In this document: one piece after another, positions 25,401-37,400 of the stretch
Layout: every line of letters starts with the position of its first letter
How positions within the stretch are numbered: position 1 is the stretch's first letter
Assembly: GCF_963921235.1 (NCBI RefSeq)
Contig: NC_086097.1
Coordinates: forward strand, 221,962,001 to 222,026,000
Origin: Mobula hypostoma
Taxonomy: Eukaryota
Direction: 5' to 3'
DNA length: 64,000 nucleotides
Notes under the pieces: model-generated
What the model saw: only the letters and a program-made list of their open reading frames with translations
The model's database searches: none
Told to the model about the DNA's origin: nothing
Translations under genes and position numbers: made by a program

Positions 25401-28400
25401 AATATCCCTTGAGAACCAAGGTTCCTTATTCCTATTCACTTTACCTTTAATCCTGACAGGAACATACAAATTCTGCACTCTCAAAATTTCTCCTTTGAAG
25501 GCTTCCCACCTACCGATCACATCATTGCCAGAGAACAACCTGTCCCAATCCACGCTTTTTAGATCCTTTCTCATGATGGGACTTTCGAGAGACTTTGAGA
25601 CTTTTACTGTGTCATGGTCTGTTCTTATCAAATTACGGTATTGCTTTGCACTGTTGTAACTATATGTTATAATTATGTGGTTTTTGTTAGTTTTTAAGTC
25701 AGTTTGTTATGTGTTTTCGTGATATCATTCTGGAAAAACATTTTATCATTTCTTAATGCATGCATTACTAGATGACAATAAAAGGGGACTGCGTGTCCTC
25801 ATAATCATAATCATAAAGCTTACTTTACCTATTGAAAAATGGACCAAATTCTTCAATTAGTTAATTCATCCTCTATATGTGCTAAACATGCGCCGATACA
25901 GTTTAAAGTAGCCCATATGTCTAAGGATAAATTAGCTCGTTATTACTCTCATATAAATCCTGTATGTGATAGATGTCACTCTGAGATAGCTTCTTTAACT
26001 CATATGTTTTGGTTATGTCTTTTTTTGAAAAAATATTGGAAAGATATCTTTGATATTATTTCAACTGTTTTGAGTATTGATTTACAACCTCACCTTATTA
26101 CGACAATTTTTTGTTTACCAGTGATAGAACCAATTCATCAAACCTCTTCAGCTCGTCGGTTGATTGCATTTGTGACATTAATGGCTAGAAGATCCATTTT
26201 GCTGAATTGGAAAGAGATTAATCCTCCCACTATATTTCATTGGTTCTCTCAAACTATGTTGTGTTTAAATTTAGAAAAAATTAGAAATGTCATTTATGAT
26301 CCTTCTATTAAATTCGAAAAGACCTGGAGGCCATTTATTCAACACTTCCATATGATGTAATTTGACCTTTTCCAAACCTATCTATTACTTTTAAATATAT
26401 GAAGAGTTAATGACACTAATGATCCTATTTGACGTTACACAACAGCCCATGTCTTTTTTTTCTTAGTTTAGTTGCTTAGTATTGTTTAGTTTAGTTTTTT
26501 GGGGGGGTATTTTCTTTTTTTTTTCTTTTCTTTTTCTATGCTAGTTCTACATTTTTTTCCTTATATTATATTTGTATTCATATTTTGTAAGATTTTGGGA
26601 GGTTTAATATCTGTGTGCTAACTGAATTTATATTTTTATATGCTAATTATTAATAACATAACCCCAATAGCTTTGTATTAATATTATGTTATGTTTAACA
26701 TTTTGATATCAATAAAAAGATTGGAAAAGAAAGAAATGATATTTTTTAGCACTCCATATTTCAGTAAATGCATTGAAATCTCCCAGTTGATCTGTGAGCC
26801 ATTAAGTCTTTCAGCTAGATGAACTGTACAATTTCATATTTTTAATATTATTATTATTATTACTTAGATTAACAATGGGCACACATCTTTAATAGCTGAA
26901 TATTTATGTAAGGCGAGGATGATAGTACATAATTGGAAGAGTGAAGGGAACTCCTCTACAAACGTATTTCATTCATCCTGTGAAGCTGTTTCCGCTTCTC
27001 TGAAGTTGGAATTGCTGCTGTGTCTCTGCACAGTAACAGAGGAGAAACATATACAAAACACAAATCAGCTGAATTGATTTTGCTGAGGTTTTTTTTCCTA
27101 ATTCAATCACCTTTCACTGGAACAAAGATATGCAACAAGTTGCATGTAAATAGCATATTTAATGTCACAAAATGTCTGAAGATGCATCATCAGACAGAAT
27201 TTAACATGAGTCAGATATTAGAATATGCAACCAAAGTGTCAGACAAATATATGAGGATTTAATCATCTTAAAAGAAGAAAGAGCAGCTACTGTAGTAAAT
27301 AAATCCTATACAATATGAATTAGCTTTGATCAAAAAACTTGCATTTCAAAACCAGAAGCAAATCCATCTAAGTATAATTACATTATACCCTCAGGCAGCT
27401 GTTGGGTAATAACCATTACTTGCTTACATTTATAATACCAGTCTTTCGCTTGTTAGGATATACTGTTGTTTTCACTTCATCGACTTTATTAAGAAACCAA
27501 AAGGGAAGCTTCTCCTCCAAACTGGTATGAAGGAAAATCTGTAGGAATAGAATGGAGACATTGAAAAAGTTTTCTTGATAGTATTGTATTTTCTTGCCTT
27601 TTCGTAAAGGAATTACAAAGGCTCACCTGCATCGCCATTCTCTTTAAGGATGCAGTTCTCTGGACTTCAGCAATGTCACCCACTGCTAAACCAATCTAAA
27701 TTGGAAACAAACACTTGACAGAAAGTGTTTACACTGATAAAATCAGATGAGCACACTCTGCTAACAATGTTTTTCTGCTCCTCTAGGAACATACTTCATT
27801 TGCAGTTTTTGTCTCTTTCAGGTTGGAATTCCCGCTGTTCTCCACACAGTAACAGAAGAGGAATAACTCGGCTGACAAACTGAAATTATTTTGCTGAGGT
27901 TTTTTTGCTCTCATTCAATTGATCCTCATTGGAACAAAGATATGCACAACAGGTTGCATGTAAATAGTGTATTTAACATCACAAAATATCTGGAAGCACT
28001 TTAGATTCCGAATCAGGTTTATTATCACTGACATATAAGACCATAAGACGTAGGAGCCAAATTAGGCCATTTGGCCCATTGAGTCTGCTCTGCCATTTCA
28101 TCGTGCCTGGTCATTTTTCCTCTCAGCCCCAATCTCCTGCCTTACCCCTATATCCCTTCATGCCCTGACCAATCAAGAATTTATCAACCTCTGCTTTAAA
28201 TATACATAAAGACTTGGCCTCCACAGCTACCTGTGGCAATAAATTCCACAGATTCACCACTCCCTGGCTAAAAAAATTCCTCCTCAACTCTATTCTAAGA
28301 AGATGCCCCTTTATTCTGAGATTGTGTCCTTTGGTCTTAGACTCCCCCACCATAGGAAACATCCTCTTCACATCCACTCTATCGAGGTCTTTCACCATTT

Positions 28401-31400
28401 GATAGGTTTCAATTAGGTCACCCATCAACAACATTGTGGGCCGAAGGGCCTGTACTGTGCTGTACTGTTCTATGTTCTATGCTCTATACAGGCCGAAAGT
28501 CATCAGATGCTCTTCATATGACAAGCCATTCAATCCTGCAATCATTTTTTGTGGACCTCCTTCAAACTCTCTAAAGTTTCAGCACATTCTTTCTAAGATA
28601 AGGGGCTCAAAACTACTCACAATACTCCAAGTGAGGCCTCACCAGTGCTTTACAAAGTTTGAGCATTACGTCCTTGCTCTTATATTCTAGTCCTCTTGAA
28701 ATTAATGCTAACATTGCATTTGTCTCAACCTGCAAATTAACCTTTAGGGAATCCTGCACAAGGACTGATAAGTCCCTTTGTACCTCAGTTTTTTGTATTT
28801 TCTCTCCATTTAGCAAATAGTCAACCCTTTCATTTCTTCTACCAAAGTGCATGACCATACACTTCCCAACACCATATTCCATCTGCCATTCCTTGCCCAT
28901 TCTCTTAATCTGTCTGTCGGTCTGTAGCCTCTCTATACGTATCCTCAAAACTACCTGCCCCTCCACTTATCTTCATGTTGTCTGCAAACTTTTCAAAAAA
29001 GCCTTCAATTCCGTCATCTACACTATTTACATATTTAATGTAAAAGAAGCGGTCCCAACACCACTTGTTTTGTGGCAGCTGTATAGCACAATATGTAAAT
29101 TACTATAAATTACAATAAGAAATATAGTTATACCATATATTTATTTGTTTACTTGTTATTGTAATTTGGACAAGTTGGACAAGATCCTCACCAAATGGGT
29201 GCGAACTTCCATCCGGTCTATCAGTGGATTCTTGCTATTACTTTTAAATTTTATTTTCTTTTGCCTCTAGGTCCCAACACATTCTAGAAACTTTAGTTTG
29301 ACTTGACAATAGACCAGTGAGCCTTACGTCTGTGGTGAGAAAGCTGTTGGAAAAGAATCTTAGAGATAGAATCTATGGGCATTTAGAGAATCATGGTCTG
29401 ATCAGGGACAGTCAGCATGGCTTTGTGAAGGGCAGATCATGTCTAACAAGCCTGATAGAGTTCTTTAAGGAGGTGACCAGGCATATAGATGAGGGTAGTG
29501 CAGTGGATGTGATCTACATGGATTTTAGTAAGGCATTTGACAAGGTTCCACATGGTAGGCTTATTCAGAAAGTCAGAAGGCATGGGATCCAGGCAAGTTT
29601 GGCCAGGTGGATTCAGAATTGGCTTGCCTGCAGAAAGCAGAGGGTCATGGTGGAGGGAGTCCATTCGGAGTGGAGGGTTGTGACTAGTGGTGTCCCATAA
29701 GGATTGGTTCTGGGACCTCTACTTTTCGTGATTTTTATTAATGACCTGAATGTGGAGGTAGAAGGGTGGGTTGGCAAGTTTGCAATCAACACAAAGGTTG
29801 GTGGTGTTGTTGATAGTGTAGAGGATTGTCGAAGATTACAGAAAGACATTGATAGGATGCAGAAGTGGGCTGAGAAGTGGCAGATGGAGTTCAACCCGGA
29901 GAATGTGTGAGGTGGCACACTTTGGAAGGACAAACTCCAAGGCAGAGTACAAAGTAAATGGCAGGATACTTGGTACTGTGGAGGAGCAGAGGGATCTGGG
30001 GGTACATGTCCACAGATCCCTGAAAGTTGCCTCACAGGTAGATAGGGTAGTTAAGAAAGCCTATGGAGTGTTAGCCTTCATAAGTCGAGGGATAGAGTTT
30101 AACAGTCGTGAGGTAATGATGCAGCTCTATAAAACTCTGGTTAGGCCACACTTGGAGTACTGTGTCCAGTTCTGGTCACCTCACTATAGGAAGGATGTGG
30201 AAGCATTGGAAAGGGTACAGAGGAGATTTACCAGGATGCTGCCTGGTTTAGAGAGTATGCATTATGATCAGAGATTAAGGGAGCTAGGGCTTTACTCTTT
30301 GGAGAGAAGGAGGATGAGAGGAGACATGATAGAGGTATACAAGATAATAAGAGGAATAGATAGAGTGGACAGCCAGTGCGTCTTCCTCAGGGCACCACTG
30401 CTCAATACAAGAGGATATGGCTTTAAGGTAAGGAGTGGGAAGTTCAAGGGGGATATTAGAGGAAGGTTTTTTACTCAGAGAGTGGTTGGTGCATGGAACG
30501 CACTGCCTGAGTCAGTGGTGGAGGCAGATACACTAGTGAAGTTTAAGAGACTACTAGACAGGTATATGGAGGAATTTAAGGTGGGGGTTTATATGGGAGG
30601 CAGGGTTTAAGGGTCGGCACAACTTTGTGGGCCGAAGGGCCTATACTGTGCTGTACTATTCTATGTTCTATGACATTGACAGCTGGCGAAAACACATCCC
30701 CGATTTCACAATCCAGCCTTTTACAATAAGTATGAATGCCCCAAACTAAAGAAAATAATGCTAAAATTATTTTTTAAAAACCCTATCACAGAATTCTATG
30801 CTCTAGTATACACTGTAGAATAGAAAAGTTCTTTGGTCATTTAGCCAAAATCCTGAATCTGCCCTTAGTTACTAATTTGACAGTTGGTAGTCTCCACATT
30901 CATTTTATCTCCTGAACAAAAAAGAGACACGACATTAGTAGCTTAATGAAGGGGAACTTATCTACAATGCTACACCTCTTGCTGATTTCCTGCCGAAAAG
31001 AAAGCACCAGCAGGGCTGAGAAACTAATAATACTAATTTATGTTATTGCTAAGGTTCTAAGGCAGTGGCAGAGACATAGTCAGGGGCTGAGAAAGCAGGA
31101 GAAATATAAGGTGAGACCCATTGTAAAATTTCAGTTTACCCCGGTCCAGGAGAAGCTTTAAAAATCAAGTGAAAACTTGAATTCTGCCCTGATCCCTATT
31201 TCCACCACATTTTCCACTGTACACATATCACTTGAACATAGCAAACAGGACAAGATGATACATTAGCATGATCTGTGTGTTTACAAAGGGCTGTGCTGTG
31301 ACAGTGTTCTGATGGAAGTTTGTCAATTTGAAACACATATTCTCCTCTGTTTGCAGATTGTTGCTGACTTCCGAAGTATTTCAAACATCTGGTGTTTTTA

Positions 31401-34400
31401 TTGCAGTATTTATCTACATTTTGCTTATGAGCCAGACAGACCCTGTTTTGCATCATGCATCTTTTGCTGTGTTTCTGTGTTACTACTTTCCTGCCAGTTG
31501 AGCTGCACCTTCTTCAGCACAATTTTTATGTCCCACTTCTCAAAAAAAAACATGTAATTAAGGTAGATTATCTTGGCATTAAAAACAATTGTTAAAACCA
31601 AAATGTCCTCCCTGCCATTTCCAGGGTAAAGAAATGAAAAGAAAACAAAATGAGCTTAATAACAATGATGCATGTAAAAATGAAAGTCAGAAAAACAGAT
31701 TGATGCACTGGTTTCACTGACCTGGTCACCTTCACATTTGTCAAAAACGAATTAAAGTGAATTTTAATTTTAAAAAAATCACAAGATCTGCAGATGCCTG
31801 AATTCTGAAATAAAAACAAACACACAGAAAAACCCAGGAACACCCAGCAGGTCAGGCAACATTTATAGAACAAGAAGTTAAAATTTTAACTCTTACAAAG
31901 GCTCTTTGATCTGAAACATCTATGCTTCTCCACCATGAAACACTACTTGAACCTTTGATGTTTCCAGCATTTTCTGTTTTTTATTAAAATGAATTTGTTA
32001 AATTAATTATCAGGACATGCCCTCTACTCTTTACTACCACCAGGGAGGAAGCAGAAGAGCCTGAAGATGCACACTTAATATTTTAGGAACAGTTTCTTCT
32101 GCTCTGCTGTCAAATTTTGTAACAGTCCATGAACCCATGCTTTGTGTACTATTTAAAAAAATATATTTCTTGTAACTTAGAATTTTTTATGTATTGCACT
32201 GTACTGCTACTGCGTAATAACAAATTTCATAACCTACGTCAATAATAGACCTAATTCTAATTCTGATTAAAGCCTTGTCAAATCTGAAGACATTCTCAAA
32301 TGAAAATCACATTTGAAATGCACTCAAGATGTAATAATTGTTCTAATGTTGACAAAGCTATCCTTTAGACTTACCAGCAAGTTCATGAGGAGGATTGGTA
32401 TGAACAGCATAAAAGTTGTTAGCATTGTGAATGTCAGGGCAGGGAATGGCATTTTCTTTTCAAAATATACTCTAAGAAAGTTATCATCGTAGTTAATATC
32501 TCCCAGCATCATTGCAAGTATCCTCAAGAGAGAAAGAAAAGGATTTTTGTATGCCATCTGCAAACATAGAACAAAGCATCAGTTTTTTTTCTCTGTACCT
32601 TCCTTATGCAAGACCATAAGATATAGATGCAGAATTAGGCCGTTTGTCCCATCGAGTCTGCTCTGCCATTTCATCACGGTTGATCCATTTTCCCTTTCAG
32701 CCCCAGTTTCCTGCCTTATCCCCGTATCCTTTCATGCCCTGACTAATCAATTACTTGGTCTCCACAGCCATCTGTGGCAACAAATTCCACAGATTCAACA
32801 CTCTCTGACTAAAGATCTTCCTCTTCATTAACCATTCTAAAAGGATGACCCTGTATTCTGAGGCTGTGTCCTCTGGTCTTAGATTCTCCCACCGTAGGAA
32901 ACGTCCTTTCCACATTCAATCTATCGAGGCCTTTCAACATTCAATAGGTTTCAATGAGGTCCTTCCTCATTTTTCTGAATTCCACTGAGAAGAGGCTCGG
33001 AGCCATCAAAAGTTCCTCACCTGGCAAGGCTTTCAATCCCAGTATTATTTTTGTGAACCTCCTTAGAGCCCTCTGCAATGTCAGCACATCCTTTCATAGA
33101 TAAGGGGCCCAAAAAGGCCTCAGCAGTGCTTTATAAAGCCCCAACATTACATCCCTGCTTTTACATTCTAGTCCTCCTGAAATGAATGCCAACATCACAT
33201 TTGTCTTCCTCACCACTGTCAACCTGCATGAGGATTCCCTTTGTAACTCTGATTTCTGAATATTCTCTCCATTTAGAAAACAGTCTATGCTTTTATATCT
33301 TCTACCAAAGTACATGACTATACACTTCCCGACACTATATTCCATCTGTCAAATCTCTGAGAATTTTTGATATCATGAAACCACATAAATACTCAAGTTG
33401 TTTTGATGTCTAACAATGACAAATGACAATTTTAAAAAATCATACACATTTGCCTGTCATATCTAGAGACACATTCACACACCCACATTCCATAATGATC
33501 TGCAAATAAAAAGAGTTGTTTAGTAAATATTTAGACATTGTTCCTGAATTGAAGCTGCATACTCTTTCAACACTTGTATGTAAATTCATTCATGAATAGT
33601 TATGAATAGCTAACATACTGAGGAATGTAGTGAAAAGCATCAGCTTTGCTGCACAGATTATGATTACTTTTGGAACTAAAGTGAATCAATATACATGTAC
33701 AGTATTTCACCAACATAACGTGAAGCCTTGATTCATCAGGAATTAACTCATTAGGACAGGGATAAGCATGAATTGCTTATCATTCAAACCAGTACTGCCG
33801 AAAGATCTCAGCATGAAATGTTGACTGTACTCTTTTCCATAGACACTGCCTGGCCTGCTGGGTTCCTCTATCAATTTGGGTGTGTTGCTTGGATTTCCAG
33901 CAGATCTGCAGATTTTCTCTTGTTCAAAAAATCTACCTATTTTCAAATAAACCTGGACACAAAAGATTCTGCATATGCTGGAAATCTTAAGTAATCCACA
34001 CAAAATGCTGGAGAAACTCAGCAGGTCAGGTAGCGTCTGTTGAGGGCAATAAACAATCGATGTTTTGGGCCAAGACCCTTTACACAGAGCTGTTCACAGC
34101 ATTGACAAATGAGCATTTCAGTGAGGAAAATTATTGCCATCAAAGGACAATACTTATTGTTATATCAAGAATAATTTAGAAAAAGTAAATCTTGCTGAAA
34201 CAAGGCTTCTTAAATGATTCTGCTTCAGAGATTTTCAGTGTTGCAAAAACAAAAATACGTTGTTTGCACAGTGAATGTCAGTCCTCCGGGCATTACATGC
34301 AGCAACTTCTCATCAGTTGTACAATCGCACAAGTGCTATGAATTTTTCAGCAAGTTCATGTCAAAGATGGAGGTCTTAGAACATTCGTTCCCCACGAAGT

Positions 34401-37400
34401 ACCAATAATCTCTGATAAGCATGCCATCAGAGGCAGGCACAAGAAAGTAGGCCTGGCCGTGGTCAGGGACACCATCAGGTAAGGGAGATGCTTTACTTTG
34501 GAGATGAAGACTATTGGGACCGGCAAAGAATTTCATGCAATACTGCACTGTGGCTCAGAACAGGTCCTTTAAAAGATGCTGGAGAAGGCCTTCAGCCTTT
34601 GGTAAAGGGCTGTTCCGACGCATAAGGATCATATCATTTCTAAACATTTTGCTAACACTAATAGAACAACAATGTCAATCAATGGTCCCACCAACAGTAA
34701 AACATCGTTGATGTGCATTGGTAGTCTCTGTGTATCATGGCATCATTCTCATGAAGGACCTCATTACAATTTCCAAAAAAATAGTTTATGTATAAATGTA
34801 TGTCCTTGTTTTTAGTAATCAGTTTTCAGATTAAAAATTTTTATCGTATAAAATTGCCCTACACTATTTTAAGCCTGGGATCTTTTGATACCCAGCTAAT
34901 GAACTGAGATGAAAGAAGTTTCAGACGTATAAAACAGAGAACTCTCTATTACAAAGATGTTAGAAAAATAAATAAAAGTATCTGCTGGGACTAATGAAAG
35001 TTTTTTTCCCCCAATCTCTTCTATAAATTTGTACAGTGTTTCCTGCTTTTTTAATTTACTATATATATTTGTACGATCCTGCTGCTTATAATGTAAAGAT
35101 TGAACATGAGAAAAAAAGAGGTGTACTTGTGGTACACAAGAGATTCTGCAGATGCTAGAAATCCAGAACAACACACACAAAATGATAGAGGAGCTCAGCG
35201 TGTCAGGCAGTATCTGTGGAAATAAATAAACAGTTGACATTTCAGGCATCAGCTTCTGCTTCTGGTTGGTACTACGCATGCACTGCTGGATGGCTGTTAT
35301 AACACACATTCAGTGTGAACGACATGGGAGTTAAATTGTAAAATAAGCTTTTTTGACTATATCCCCTAAATCAATTTGTCTGAGTCTATCTTTAAAAATA
35401 TCAATGTCAGAAATACTGCGCAGGTCTGGTGGCAGAAGATTCCACTCTCTTGTTGATCTTGGGCAGAGGGAGTACTGGTAGCAAATCTTATTGAATGAAG
35501 GAGTTTCCAATATGTGAGGTCCAGTTTGCTGTCGAGTCGAACTGACCCTGTGACGGATTTGGATGTTTGATGGAGTGATGTTGTGAACTTCTTTGAAAAT
35601 GCAAATTAACCGTAGTTTAATACGTCGGTTTTCAATTGGATCCCATTGAAGGGCAGACACCATGTTAGTCACACTGGATTTCCTGCTGTAATCGTTTAAC
35701 ACAAAGCGAGCAGCATGGTGTTGGATTTTTTCGAAGGACTTCTTGTTGTTAGCTTGATGGGGATCCCATATGGCCGCGCAATACTCAAGCTTTGCACGGA
35801 CGAGTGTCTTGTATGCCAGGTCCTTGACGGATTTACTACATGAGCGGAGGTTTCTTCTCAGGATACCCAGCATTTTATTTGCTTTGGTGTAATCTGATTG
35901 ATGTGGGATGCCCAGTTAAGATCCTGACTGTTTCAAGAATCTGTCCATTCATGTCATATGTCGTGTTGATTGGTTTAACTTTGTGACTGACATACATAGC
36001 ATAACATTTAGATGAGTTGAAGGACATTTGCCATTGAGACTCCCACTGACATAATGAATCAATATCATTTTGCAGCAGCTGAGCATCTTGGTAATTTTTT
36101 ATCTCACAGTAGATCATGCAGTCATCTTCAAAAAGTTTGACTTTGGACTTGACTATATTTGGCAAGTCGTTGATGTAAATGAGAAAAAGTAAGGGTCCCA
36201 ACACAATCCCCTGGGGCCCCCTCAAGAAGCACACGTTGCTGTCTGCTGATAAGGAACATGTTTAACCAATGTAGAAGGCTGTTGTTAATGCCCACATGGT
36301 CAAGCTTACGTAGTAATCTCTGGTGAGGGGCCGTGTCAAATGCCTTACTGAAGTCGAGTATGATCAAGTCTGCTTGGCTTCTATTGTCAAGGATCTTTGC
36401 TAGGTCATTGATCAACCCTGCAAGTTGTGTGTCACAAGATCTGCCCTGACGGAATCCATGTTGGTGATGAGTAAGAGCATTGTGTCTGTCTAGATGGTCC
36501 ATAATGTGACAATGAATAATATGCTCAAGAATTTTACAAGGGATGGAAGTGAGTGGAACCGGTCTGTAACTTCCCAGGTTTGTACACTTGCCCTTATAAA
36601 TTGGAACAACATTCACTTTCAACTGATCGTCCAGTAATGTCCCAGTATCAATAGACTTCTGGAATATCTTTTGCAAAACGGGAGCTAGACTGGAAGCACA
36701 ACTCTTTAGAATCATAGCTGGTATCTGATCAGGTCCTGGTGCTTTCTTAGGCTGTAATTCCTCAAGAAGCTTCTTAACACCTGTTACAGTTATAATGAGA
36801 TCTGGCAAGTCTGGGGTATTGCAGGGGTCTAAAGTGGGGAGTTCATTCAAATTTTCCCTTGTAAACACAGAGCAAAACTGCTGGTTAAGTGCTTGTGCTT
36901 TGTCTGCAGCAAGAGATACCATGCGGCCCCGGGATCAGAGAGAAGAAATTCCAAAAACTTCTTGCCTTGTAGATTTAATAAAGCTCCAGAAGGGTTTGGT
37001 GTTGTCAGTCTTTAAGCTCTCACCTATTACCTTATTAACATACTGATGGTGAGCTTTCCTGATGTTTCTATCAATAAGTCAGCGCAAGGATTTAAACTTT
37101 TGCCAGTCTTCACTATGACCGGATTTCCTAGCTTTATTATAGACTCATTGCTTTCTACGTATCGCACGCCGGGTGGACTGGTTTACCCATGGTAAGTTAA
37201 ACCTGGAAGAGCTCATTTTAGAGGGAACATACTTGTCAATTGCTGATTGAAGGACCTCTTGGAAGTTAGACCAAAGAGTGTTAATACTGACCGATGCTAA
37301 ATATTCCTTAGTTAGTGACTGGTCAAAATCACTAACAAGTTCCACTAAAATCTGCTTTCCTATACAGAAATATTTTCCTTTTGGGGGGTTTAATTAATTT

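Larger units (their letters stand above)
22699..26736 (+). mobile_element. 5'-truncated L1-clade LINE (ORF2 C-terminus with CCHC zinc knuckle), interrupted by nested elements at about 22999-25817
   Basis: [23 protein letters not shown]...DWERELG continues after the insert as [32 protein letters not shown] at 26711 and A-rich tail; TSD tgatattttt(t)tagc at 22684-22698 and 26737-26750. Confidence 0.85.

Noticed and set aside
27489..27683. ORF-track peptide continuing [11 protein letters not shown]... after AMQ
   Set aside because: Read-through into an 88-bp intron; the real next exon is in another frame (27428-27538).
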